Assembly: GCA_950097015.1 (NCBI GenBank)
Contig: CATNEN010000002.1
Location: forward strand, 5,704,001 to 5,768,000
Length of the DNA: 64,000 bases
Direction of reading: 5' to 3'
Source of the DNA: Macrostomum hystrix
Taxonomy: Eukaryota; Animalia; Platyhelminthes
A program made the position numbers and the translations under genes. The notes under the pieces were generated by a model. That model saw only the letters and a list, made by a program, of their open reading frames with translations, did no database searches and had not been told where the DNA came from. This document shows positions 41,371 to 53,819 of the stretch, one piece after another (position 1 is the stretch's first letter; each line of letters opens with the position of its first letter).

Positions 41371-44300
41371 ATGGAAAAAAATGTAGCTGTCGTAGGATCA
41401 GGGAACTGGGGATCATGTATAGCTAAAATTTGTGCGCTAAATGCTATTGAATCGTCTGAATTTTGTAATGAAGTGAGTAACTCGTCATTTATTTTTTTGC
41501 TATGTATTTCAGACCAAATAATAATAAGCAAAAAAATATATAATATTAATATGAAATATTAAATCTTAATATACAAATATAAAATATAAAATTATACCTA
41601 ATATTATAATATTAAGTGGAAACACTCAAATAAAAAAGGGAACCTTTTAAAATAAAAGTTAAAAATTATTTTGAAATGCAAAATATTACAGATTTCACTT
41701 GCTTGAGTTGCTTGTGCATTCCCCTTTTTACAATGCAACTCAAGCCTTAAATATAGTGTTATAGTTAAACTAGTGAAATAAAATTACATGATAAGTGCTT
41801 AAATTGAAATAGCAAGGCTTATGCTAGGCCTAAGGTCATTTATTGTGCACTAAAATTTAGTTACTTTAGAAAATAGTTTATATTTAAAAGATATTTTTAA
41901 AATGTTGAATTACTATATCAATATTGATGTCTCAATACTTAAATCCATATTTTTATTTTAAGAAATCATTATAAATATGTAAAATTTACCTACATTACAA
42001 CTGTTATTACATTCATGACTGCCTAAATTTTACAACATTTACACCATTTTAGACTATTTTACAACAGTTGGTGTAACAATTTCTTATGCAACAAATTGAA
42101 TCCTCGCTGTAAGAGCCCATACATACAACAGTGAGCCAATGCAGGCCGAGAGTCAAAATATATTTAAGTTTTACAGAGTGATAAGGAAGAGGGGTTGGTT
42201 AGAAGGGTAACATGTGTGCGGACTGGCCAGAGGTAAGAGATGAAACGCAGGGGAAGGAAAGAGAGATGAGGTGAGAGCCAATCAGAGCTGAGAGAGAAGA
42301 TAAGGCTAATAAATAAATTGAACAGGCAGAGGGAGAGAGGAGAGAGTACATTAAGAGGGTGCGCAAAATGAGAAACCAGGGAGAAGTTAGTACAGTTGTT
42401 AAAACTTAAAATGTTTATAATGTAAAGTAAAGTAATTGTATAGCCCTATTGTATCAAAGTACTATCACTGATTTTGTTTTAGCAATCATGACAAGTTGAG
42501 TTGTAATTTAATTTTTTGGCTTTTTAGCAAGTAGACTTACTATGTCAGATTTTTATGGTGTACTATCAGTTTTCCAAAACACTTCATCAATTAAATATGT
42601 GAATATTTCACCCTGCCAGGTGCGCATGTATGTTCACGAGGAGCTTATTGGAGATGAGAAGCTATCTGAAATAATCAACTCCCGCCATGAGAATATTAAA
42701 TACCTGCCAGGTATTAGGCTGCCAGACAATGCAGTTGCTGTCACAGATCTTGGCGAGCTTGGTGCCTGGGCTGATATTCTGATCTTTGTGCTGCCACAGC
42801 AGTTTCTACCTGGTGTCTGTGCTGCACTTAAAGGTCGAACTAAGCCAGGTGCTTATGGGGTTTCGCTAATCAAAGGTGTCTATGCTGGGCAGGGTCAGGT
42901 GAGTGATTTAGCTATAGTTAACTGCTTGGCATATGTTAGCTCAATGCTTCTGGAACCTGTTCAGATATATAATTCCCAGTCTTTCCTTCCCCTCTGTCTT
43001 TCTCTCCTAAACTCCTCCTGATTATTCTAGCTCTCTTCCTCTTACTCCTACCCCTCTCCCTCATTTTCTTAACTCTCGCACTTTATCTTCCCTCAATCTT
43101 CTATTATTTTACCGCTTTCTCTTCCCTCGATCTTGTATCATTCTCCCGAATTCCCACTGTCTCCAATTGATCTTCCCCTGCTTAGTTTCGCCTCCCCCGT
43201 TCCACCCTCAGGAGGCAGCGGGCAGAGGCCTGACCCTCCTAACCGACCTGATTCGCGGCAATCTGGGCATCGACTGCGCAGTTCTCATGGGCGCCAATTT
43301 AGCTCCCGAGGTTGCCAAGGAGACGTACTGCGAAGCGACGATCGGTTGCCGGGATCCTCAGAGGGCCGCCGAGTTGAAGCGCCTATTCCAGACGCGCTAC
43401 TTTCGCCTGACCATAGCCAAAGCTGAATCCGCTGTGGAATTGTGCGGCGCACTAAAGAGCATTGTGGCCATCGGTGCAGGCTTCTGCGACGCTCTTGGCT
43501 TCGGTGACAACACCAAGGCTGCCGTCATCCGCCTTGGCTTCATGGAGATCATGCGCTTCATCCAGGGCTTCTATGCCTCCATGGGTGAGCACTGCGTGGT
43601 TGTTAATCCCCAATACCCTTCAATCCTACAGGCATGAGTCAGTTAATCCGTAATCCCCACTGAACCTACAGTTAAGAGTCATTTAATCCCTAATCCCCTT
43701 TAATCCTACAGTTATTAGTTAGTCAATCCCTAATCCACATTAGTTCTACAGTTATTACTCAGGTAATTCTTAATCCGCTTTAATCCTACAATTATTTGTC
43801 AGTTAATCCCTAATCCACTTTAATCCTACAATTATTAGTCAGTTAATCCCTTAACCCCATCAATCATACATTTATTTGTCAGTTAATCCTTAATCCCGTA
43901 TAATCCTACAGTTATTATTCAGGTAATTCTTAATCCCCTTTAATCCTACAATTATTAGTCAGTTAATCTCTAATCCCCTTTAATCCTACAGTTATTTGTC
44001 AGTCAATCCCTAATCCCCATCAATCCTACAGTCATGAGGCAGTTAATCTCTAATCCCCTATAATCCTACAGTTATTAGTCAGTTAATACCTTATCCCCAT
44101 CAATCCTACAATTAGTCAGTTAATCTCTAATCCCCTTTAATCCTACAGTTATTTGTCAGTCAATCCCTAATCCCCATCAATCCTACAGTCATGAGTCAGT
44201 TAATCTCTAATCCCTATAATCCTACAGTTATTAGTCAGTTAATACCTTATCCCCATCAATCCTACAGTTATTAGTCAGTTAATCCCTAATCACCATCAAT

Positions 44301-45639
44301 CCTACAGCAAGATATCCGTCAATCCTTCTTTTTGACAATTCAGTTTCAAGTCCCATTGATGCGCTGAAATTCTCGATCTTTCAGGCGCTTGTAAGCACAC
44401 GATGATGCAAAGCTGTGCCTTGGGTGACATTATCTCTTCCTGCTACAACACGAAGGATGTCAAATGGGCAGGTGAGTGCACTGCTAATCCTCAAATTATC
44501 CCATACTGTCTTTGTCCAGTCTTCGACCTCTCAGTCAATAGGTTCCAAAAATCCCCAAAAAATATTTCGCAAAAAATTTTACTTCAAACCGAGATACGAA
44601 CTCCCGACCTCTCTGTTAGAAGTCCGAAGCTCTAACTACTGGACTACGACCTAAAAACTCCCCTGTCAGAAAATTTTTAACAAAAACTACTCTCACTTTA
44701 TCCCGTGTTTTATTCTCTATCTTTCACAACCCACTTACTAATCTATACCAACCAATTTCCCAATCTATCCCTACCCATTTCCCAATCTATCCCAACCAAT
44801 TTCCCTATCTATCCCAACCCATTTCCCAATCTATCCCAAGCTTTCTTCCCAATCGATCCCAACCCATTTCCCAATTTATCCCAACCCATTTCCCAATCTA
44901 TCCCAACCAATTTCCCAATCTATCCCAACCCATTTCCCAATTTATCCCAACCCATTTCCCAATTTATCCCAACCCATTTTCCAATTTATCTCAACCCATT
45001 TCCCAATCTATCCCAACCCATTTCCCAATCTATCCCAACCAATTTCCCAATCTATCCCAACCCATTTCCCAATTTATCCCAACCCATTTCCCAATCTATC
45101 CCAATCCATTTCCCAATTTATCCTAAGCTTTCTTCCCAATCGATCCCCACCAATTTCACAATTTATCCAAACCCATTTCCCAATCTATCCCAACCCATTT
45201 CCCAATCGATCCCAACCCATTTCCCAATCTATCCCAACCCATTTCCCAATTTATCCCAACCAATTTCTAAATCTATCCCAACCCATTTCCCAATCTGTTC
45301 CCACGCCAAAATCTCGCCATCGCAGCCTCTCGGGACGGCACGGGCATGGGTCCGCACGGCATGCACGACTTGGTCACCACCTGCTACGGCGGTCGCAATC
45401 GCAAAATTGGCGAGGCCATGGTGCGCACTGGGAAGCCGCTCCGCCAGCTGGAGGACGAGATGCTCGACGGCCAGCGACTCCAGGGCCCGCTGATCGCCGC
45501 CGAAGTTTATCGGACACTTCAAGAGTCAGACCAGGTGAAGCGTTATCCGCTAATGGTGGCCGTTCACCTCATCTGCACTGCCGAGATGCGACCGCAGGAT
45601 TTTATTGACCAGCTCAGGGAGCACCCGGAGCACATGTAG
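41371..45639 (+). CDS. gpd1: Glycerol-3-phosphate dehydrogenase [NAD+]; exons 41371-41472, 42620-42898, 43212-43584, (44385-44471 cassette), 45326-45639
   Basis: [69 protein letters not shown] and QRLQG. All junctions are GT-AG and in phase. The product is 355 aa without and 384 aa with the cassette exon. Confidence 0.95.
43620..44310. repeat. ~40-bp minisatellite (AGTTAATCCCTAATCCCCTTTAATCCTACAGTTATTAGTC) in a gpd1 intron
   Basis: About 17 degenerate copies. Confidence 0.92.
44588..44646 (-). mobile_element. tRNA-like SINE head in a gpd1 intron (similar heads at 45640-45715 and 45780-45810, plus strand)
   Basis: GTAGTCCAGTAGTTAGAGC...GAGGTCGGGAGTTCGTATCTCGG has A/B-box-like motifs but no complete cloverleaf. 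Confidence 0.55.
44750..45295. repeat. 22-bp minisatellite (CCCAATCTATCCCAACCCATTT) in the last gpd1 intron
   Basis: About 25 copies, ending about 30 nt before the acceptor at 45325. Confidence 0.95.
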
Positions 45640-47154
45640 AAAGTTGCAGCCCAGCGGTTTGAGCTTCCGTCTCCTGGCCTGGAGGTCGTGAGTTCGAATC
45701 TCGGCCCAGGGTAAACAATCATATCTATCTTAGTTGGAATCTTTTGACTAATCTTTAATTCAGAGTTTTGTACTTTTGACTGAGAGGTCATGAGTTCGAA
45801 TCTCGGCCCAAAGGTAGCAATTTGATCGAACAGCTTTAAGCAGTCTTCAGGTTAGAAAAAAATTGTCTGTCAATCTATCTTTGAAAAATACAATCACACA
45901 GCTGATTATCTATCATATTATTCAGCTACAAACTTTGCAGTGTTATCGGTTAGGACAGAAGTTTTATCTATTCGTTTGGTTCGGTCAGAATTAATTATTC
46001 AAGGGAGAAAAATTTTAGCTAATTTTTAATTTATGATTTTCTGTCTCTCGTTCGACTCTAACCATTAGTCTATTTTAATTATCAGAAAAGTATTTTGCTA
46101 TGTTTGAATAAATTGTTTTTGTGATCTTGGCCTCTCTGAGTGTTTTTTTACTTTCTTTTCTTTTAAGATTAGACTTAGTAGTATGTTGCGAGTTTTTACT
46201 GGTACATTATAATCCGTCAACACAAGGGACCGCGCAAGTTTTTTTTCACCCAACCTCTCTCCTTCTGTCTGTTTTAAAGGTAGAAAGTCACTTTTCAATA
46301 CATGTCGGCATCTAATAATGAGTTGCTTTTTTCGATACATATCGGAGTATATTCGTCAATAAAAAAGCAAGCAAGAGTTGGAGAGAGGTTGCACTGTGTT
46401 TTGAGTTGATATTTTGAGTTAGTTCATAGTTATTTCGAATTTACGACTGACCACACTTATACTACTTATCTTATAACTGTTAGTAGAATGTCTGTAGCTT
46501 GTTTATCTAAATTAATCAAATGTTGCTAAAAATTTTTCTTCATTGAGTAAGAAATAATTAAAACTAGGTAGGCTAGTTTTGCTCAAACTTGCTTAATATT
46601 TTGCGATGCTTTTGTTCTACTTCATTAAAGAACAAGTAGTATGTTGTGCTTCACATTAATTAGTTGTCGTACGCATTAGTAGAATGACAGAAAATTATTA
46701 TTTAGAAAAGTTCAAATTTCTATCACATTCTGTCTTTCTATCAATGTGACAGTTTTGTAGCATTTTTGCTGAATGCTTAAACGATACCTTTTTGTTTGTT
46801 TGCATGAGATATTCGGGTGATTACTGGCGCCTCTGTACCCATCTGGTTTATATCTTACAATTAATTTTGACCCTCTTAACTTTGGAATACTTTTGTAGTA
46901 CTTTTGTACTTTCTCTTACACTTCTGAATTTGTTCAGTTTTTTTTCAACCCAAGTGTTTTTATTGTAGCTATAGATTACGAAGATTTCGAAATAAATACA
47001 ATCTATTTTTTCTTATCCTCTTTTTGACAAAGTGTTACCTGCTTTGTCTTTGTCCCTTCAAGCTCAGCAAAGTTTGACTATGATAGCCTTTAAATTTGCA
47101 TCTTATAGTTTAATCATTTATTAATTATTCGCTGAGAAATTAATTTCTGATAAG

Positions 47155-47955
47155 TAAATATCTGATCAATAAATCAATATCTGATCGATAAATCAATATC
47201 TGATTGATAAATCAATATCTGATTGATAAATCAATATCTGATCGATAAATCAATATCTGATCTATAAATCAATATCTGATCTATAAACCAATATCTGATT
47301 GATAAATCAATATCTGATTGATAAATCAATATCTGATCGATAAATCAATATCTGATCTATAAATCAATATCTGATCTATAAAGCAATATCTTATTGATAA
47401 ATCAATATCTGAATGATAAATCAATATCTAATCGATAAATGAATATCTGATCGATAAATCAATATCTGATTGATAAATCAATATCTGATCTATAAACCAA
47501 TATCTGATTGGTAAACCAATATCTGATTGATAAATCAATATCTGATCTATAAACCAATATCTGATTGGTAAACCAATATCTGATTGATAAATCAATATCT
47601 GATCTATAAACCAATATCTGATTGGTAAACCAATATCTGATTGATAAATCAATATCTGATCGATAAATCAATATCTGATCTATAAATCAATATCTGATTG
47701 ATAAAATCAATATCTGATCTATAAATCAATATCTGATCTATAAATCAATATCTGAGCTATAAATCAATATCTGATCTATAAATCAATATCTGATTGATAA
47801 AATCAATATCTGATCTATAAATCAATATCTGATCTATAAATCAATATCTGAGCTATAAATCAATATCTGATCTATAAAGCAATATCTTATTGATAAATCA
47901 ATATCTGATTGATAAATCAATATCTGATCGATAAATCAATATCTGATCTATAAAA
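47155..47955. repeat. 19-bp AT-rich quasi-palindromic minisatellite (AAATCAATATCTGATTGAT)
   Basis: About 42 copies. Confidence 0.96.
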
Positions 47956-48959
47956 CTATATTATAAATAATGGTTTAAATGTTACGTTTCTTTGCTAAAT
48001 TATTATAGTTCATCATAGCTTACCATTACCAATCAATATAGCTTAGAATTTTACATATTCTTAATAAAGTGCATAATTATAATTTGTCAGATAATTCTGA
48101 TCATAATGTCCTGACACTACTGGCTGTGAAATGCAAACCATTATTTTTCATGGAATTTTTTATCGACTGTCTTTAGATTAGCCTAACCACATTTGTCAAG
48201 ACTGCTTATTTTTAATGGCCATTTCGGGTCAGTATCAATCAGATCAATGTCAGTCGGTCTGTCGCAGATCGGGTTTTGTCTTGGAAATGTCGAAAAAAAT
48301 GTTTCGTATTTCCACCGTGAAGGCGCGAAAGTCTAGCTTCTGGAAGTGTTGCCAGAAACAATTTTTCGCCTAATGGAGACAATCAATCTTTCCCGCCTTT
48401 CATGGTGGAATGAAAGGGGTATAATTTAGATGCAAGTAATTGGAAATTTGAATGAAGAATCGAGGCACTAATCAGCAGTGTGACAATTAAGACTGAAAAT
48501 TTGTTCATCTTCGAAAAGGCAGAAAAAGTAAAAAAATTACCTGCAAATCTTCTAATCGTGCACAATTTCATTCTAAATTATTCTTAAACGCTGGTTCAAA
48601 TGCGGCATGTAATTTCCTTAACAGTTTGTCAAGCTTCAAAAATCAACAGCGACAATTATTAGATTTGTAACGACCCGCTGAAGTTTTCCAGGAAATTGAG
48701 GCCATCGATAAAGATTAAGATTATAGAGGCCATCAAAGTGGAACTGTTGTTGCAAGGATGTGCCACCAATTTCCTCACCGACTGGGTTTATCACTTTATG
48801 AGGCTCGCTTCGTGTTTGTGAAGCATCAACTTTTTACATTAGACGATGTGGGGACTCTAGTCGTAGATTTCTAGTACGAGTTTATAGCCCTTCCATGCAT
48901 ACGCGTGTTCTGGGTCTATTAATTGAGAATCCTTTCTTATTGGGTTTTTCTAGAATAAA

Positions 48960-49990
48960 ATCATTTGGGTTTATCAGTTTAGAATCCCATCTTTTGGGTT
49001 TATCAGTTTAGAATCCCATCTTTGGGGTTTATCTGTTCAGAATCCCATCTTTTGGGTTTATCAGTTTAGAATCCCATCTTTTGGGTTTATCTGTTCAGAA
49101 TCCCATCTTTTGGGTTTATCTATTCAGAATCCCATCTTTTGTGTTTATCTGTTCAGAATCCCATCTTTTGGGTTTATCTGTTCAGAATCCCATCTTTTGT
49201 GTTTATCTGTTCAGAATCCCATCTTTTGGGTTTATCTGTTTAGAATCCCATCTGTTGGGTTTATCAGTTTAGAATCCCATCTTTGGGGTTTATCAGTTTA
49301 GAATCCCATCTTTTGGGTTTATCTGTTCAGAATCCCATCTTTTGTGTTTATCTGTTCAGAATCCCATCTTTTGGGTTTATCTGTTCAGAATCCCATCTGT
49401 TGGGTTTATCAGTTTAGAATCCCATCTTTTGGGTTTATCTGTTCAGAATCCCATCTTTTGGGTTTATCTGTTCAGAATCCCATATTTTGGGTTTATCTGT
49501 TCAGAATCCCATCTTTTGTGTTTATCTGTTCAGAATCCCATCTTTTGTGTTTATCTGTTCAGAATCCCATCTTTTGGGTTTATCTGTTCAAAATCCCATC
49601 TTTTGGGTTTATCTGTTCAGAATCCCATCTTTTGGGTTTATCTGTTCAGAATCCCATCTTTTGGGTTTATCTGTTCAGAATCCCATCTTTTGTGTTTATC
49701 TGTTCAGAATCCCATCTTTTGTGTTTATCTGTTCAGAATCCCATCTTTTGTGTTTATCTGTTCAGAATCCCATCTTTTGGGTTTATCTGTTCAAAATCCC
49801 ATCTTTTGGGTTTATCTGTTCAGAATCCCATCTTTTGGGTTTATCTGTTCAGAATCCCATCTTTTGGGTTTATCTGTTCAGAATCCCATCTTTTGTGTTT
49901 ATCTGTTCAGAATCCCGTCATTAGGGTTTATCAGTTCAGAATCCCATCTTTTGGGTTTATGAGTATAAAATCCCATCTTTGGGGTTTATC
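48960..49990. repeat. 29-bp minisatellite (TTTATCTGTTCAGAATCCCATCTTTTGGG)
   Basis: About 35 copies. Confidence 0.96.
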
Positions 49991-50313
49991 ATTCTGAGAT
50001 CTTATCTCTGTTCATCTCAGCTTGAATCCAATTCTGTGTCCCTTATTCGAAGTGCTTTTTTATCCCATTTTTTTCAAGTAAACCAGGGTCTTTAATCGTC
50101 TCCTATTGGCTAAGGCCTCAGCCAATAGGCGCACAGTCTTCCTTTACTGACTGCTCATTTGCTGGCTATAGACTGGCATTCGGCAGCTGAATTTCGGGGG
50201 CTTCTATTTAAGCGCAAGCGACTTCAGATTCCCATCTCAATGCAGAATTTTCGCCGAGCCCCAAGCAGTTCTGTGCTCCAGTTTAATTAGACGCAGAGAA
50301 ATGAATAAAGTCA

Positions 50314-50518
50314 ATGAGCCAGCAGATTGTGTCCAGGATTCTTGATCCTGAACAAAAACGGTTCACTGATAGCGGAAACAGCAAATCGATAATGACCAAC
50401 AGTCAATCATCAGACTACAGCACCAGTTGGCGGCATCAGGTGGCTCTTCGAGTATTGCTGCTTCTGCAACTGCAATCAATTTGCACCTGTGTCTCAGTGA
50501 ATAGAGACAAGGAGACCG
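50314..50518 (+). CDS. Probable first coding exon (signal-peptide-like) of the Ig-domain gene
   Basis: WRHQVALRVLLLLQLQSICTCVS hydrophobic stretch. Strong donor G|GTGAGA at phase 1 is compatible with the exon at 57908. The linkage is inferred. Confidence 0.45.
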
Positions 50519-50554
50519 GTGAGATCACGCATCTCCAGACATCTCCAGACATAG

Positions 50555-50940
50555 GTTGCTAATCTATGTCGATTGTGGAGGAATTGGAGTGGATTGCTAA
50601 TCTATTCACCAGGCTAGAGTGGATTGCTAATCTATTCACCAGGCTAGAGTGCATTGCTAATCTATTCACCAGGCTAGAGTGCATTGCTAATCTATTCACC
50701 AGGCTAGAGTGGATTGCTAATCTATTCACCAGGCTAGAGTGCATTGCTAATCTATTCACCAGGCTAGAGTGCATTGCTAATCTATTCAATAGGCTAGAGT
50801 GGATTGCTAATCTATGTCGATTGTGGAGGAATTGGAGTGGATTGCTAATCTATTCAATAGGCTAGAGTGGATTGCTAATCTATTCAATAGGCTAGAGTGG
50901 ATTGCTAATCTATTTAATAGGCTAGAGTGGATTGCTAATC
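50555..50940. repeat. 30-bp minisatellite (TGGATTGCTAATCTATTCACCAGGCTAGAG) with a duplicated leader block
   Basis: About 12 copies. The block ATGTCGATTGTGGAGGAATTGGAG occurs at 50566 and 50814. Confidence 0.93.
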
Positions 50941-51671
50941 GGTATGGCTTCGGCACCAATGGTCTGCAGTTCGAATCTTTGGCGAGGCCAGATTCATTAG
51001 AGGACTTTTTGGCTAGACTAGCAATCCATTATCTCACTAGTATATGTCTACGGTGAAAAATGGAGGTAGATTATAAGAAACCAGATTGCTAGTGTAGCCC
51101 ATCAGACTCACAAAATTCCAACTGCAACTATAGTCGAGCGTGATTTTCCGCACTTTGAAGTCCCTCCATCGAGCTGTGCCTTCTCCCCCGCCAATGTCCC
51201 CGAAAGTCCGGCCCAATATCTCGCTCCTGAAGCCGGGCTGTTGCAGAAAACTGAGCATCAGCGCCTCAGACAGATATGAAAAATGAAGGGCCCGCCCCTG
51301 CCTTCCAAGCTAGCCGCTGTTTTACATGGAAATGAGTCCAGTAATCCCTGATACTCGCACAGCTGTGCCCTGATTTCTTTCACCAGGCTGCAGTCTTCCC
51401 AGCAGGAATTTCTCATCCCAAAGCCTGCTCAACACCACTGCGGCCTGTTCCCATTAACTTAGGGAGTCCCAGGGATATCTTAAACTCTCTCGCATACGCT
51501 CTCTGTTTGTCTGTTGTAACTGCTCGACGAAATTGCCCTAGCAACAGGGATCGCTTTCCAAGAACTGGACGGCACAGACAAAGAGTGAAATTCAGAAGGG
51601 ATAAATTTTCTTCTTGTTTGTCCTGTCTGCTAAAAATTGTCTTTTAAAAGTTAGTTAGATTTATATCTCTA

Positions 51672-52335
51672 AATTGTTTTCCCTATCTTGCCTTCTTCCC
51701 TCCATATCTCGCCCTCTTCCCTCCTTATCTCACCCTCTCCCTTCCTTATCTTACCCTCTCCCCTTCTTATCTCACCCTCTCTTTTCCTTATCTTGCCTTC
51801 TTCCCTCCTTATCTCGCCCTCTTCCCTCCTTATCCTACCCTCTCCCTTCCTTATCTCACCCTCTCACCTCCTTATCTCGCCCTCTTCCCTCCTTATCTTA
51901 CCCTCTCCCTTCCTTATCTCACCCTCTCACCTCCTTATCTTACCCTCTCCCTTCCTTATCTCACCCTCTAACCTCCTTATCTCGCCCTCTTCCCTCCTTA
52001 TCTTACCCTCTCCCTTCCTTATCTCACCCTCTCTTTTCCTTATCTTGCCTTCTTCCCTCCTTATCTCGCCCTGTTCCCTCCTTATCTCACCCTCTCCCTT
52101 CCTTATCTCACCCTCTCACCTCCTTATCTCACCCTCTCCCCTCCTTATCTTACCCTCTCTTTTCCTTATCTTGCCCTCTTCCCTCCTTATCTTACCCTCT
52201 CCCCTTTTTATCTCACCCTCTCTTTTCCTTATCTCGCCCTCTTCCCTCCTTATCTCACCCTCTCCCTTCCTTATCTCACCCTCTCACCTCCTTATCTCGC
52301 CCTCTCCCCTCCTTATCTTGCCCTCTCTGATCCTT
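51672..52335. repeat. 21-bp pyrimidine-rich minisatellite (CCTTATCTCACCCTCTCCCTT)
   Basis: About 31 degenerate copies. Confidence 0.93.
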
Positions 52336-52812
52336 ATCGCCTCTTCAAAATTAGATAGCCAATCGAGTTCTAGGCTGTCCGATTTATTTTCGATTCTATT
52401 CATTTGTCCCAATGCTTTAAGAAATCATTCAATCGAGTTGCATTTAATCAACTCTCCTTTAATGCTCTGATAAAAGCTAAATTCCTACGTTAGTTGACAC
52501 AATACAGCAATTTTAATAAGCAAAAAGACTTTTTTTTCTGGGCAACTGCCACCCCAAAAGAGAATAGAGGAATGCTTAAAATTCCCTTCAATAAGACAAG
52601 AAAATTAAACCATTGTATTCTTACATGGTTGCTAGATATTTTTTTCTGCCTTTTAGCGCCCTTTCAATACTGAATTGCATTTTTCTAAGAAATCGTTTTC
52701 TTTCATTTATTCAAATATAATTCTTTATTAAATGTCTTCGCTTCATTTTAAAAGCTTTTAAATTACCTTGATTTTATTATCTTATGTCAAAACCTAAATC
52801 TCTGTGTAAATC

Positions 52813-53010
52813 TCTAGATCTCACCTATCAGTTCTAGATCTCACCTATCAGTTCTAGATCTCACCTATCAGTTCTAGATCTCACCTATCAGTTCTAGATC
52901 TCACCTATCAGTTCTAGATCTCACCTATCAGTTCTAGATCTCACCTATCAGTTCTCGATCTCACCTATCAGTTCTAGATCTCACCTATCAGTTCTAGATC
53001 TCACCTATCA
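52813..53010. repeat. 20-bp minisatellite (TTCTAGATCTCACCTATCAG)
   Basis: About 10 near-perfect copies. Confidence 0.96.
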
Positions 53011-53819
53011 ATCTCAACATCTCACTCTCACTCCTTACATATTACCTGTCAATATGCTCATCTCGCATAAAAAATTGACTATAGATTATTCAAAGATTGT
53101 CTACCAATCAATCTCGAACTTCGAACCATTTGACTAGATTGACAGCCTAGTTTTAATATCGAAGTAGTGGTAATAATACTGTCTAGATATATCAGTATCT
53201 CTATGTGTTGTTGAGTTGTCCTTATACAAGCATCCACAGCCCTGATGAAAACCTAATGTAAGAAGTGAATGTCAGAAAAAAACAAATCAGGCCTCGCTTG
53301 GGAAATCACACAATTTCGATATTAGTAAACAATATTTTTTCTCTCGACGCTAACAAAAACTTTTCATTCATGCAACGAATAATCCCGTGCTTGCTCAAAG
53401 CTGTCTGTACTGCTCCCGCCGCCAAACGGAAAAATATGCAAATATCCCTTGTACTAGAGTTGCAGAATCCCGCAGTACAGCTCTACCTATTAATAGTGGA
53501 ACTGAATGATGGGGTCAGTCTGATAAGCGATCGCTGCCTTATGCCCTTTTCTCCCCATCTCTCTCTTCATCTTCATTTTCCTCTCCGATCCTCTTTTTTA
53601 TCCCAGCACCAGATGCCGCATTAATTTCTTAATATTTTTCAAAGATCATAATTTACGCTTAATCAGACAGGCGGGTACGATGCAACCATTAAGATAATTC
53701 AACTGTACTTCTATTCCAGATAAATTTAGAACGATATAACAATTTGTAGATTAAAATTATACTAGTATATCATAATTATCAGAATCCCGATTACCTGATT
53801 AATCTTAACATTATTTAAT

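Noticed and set aside
45640-45810. tRNA-like sequences immediately after the gpd1 stop codon
   Set aside because: They have B-boxes but no acceptor stem or complete cloverleaf, so they are treated as SINE heads rather than tRNA genes.
51037-51560. Minus-strand coding-like fragments (KEIRAQLCEYQG..., GRTFGDIGG...)
   Set aside because: Broken by stops and frame changes, and the family is not recognised.
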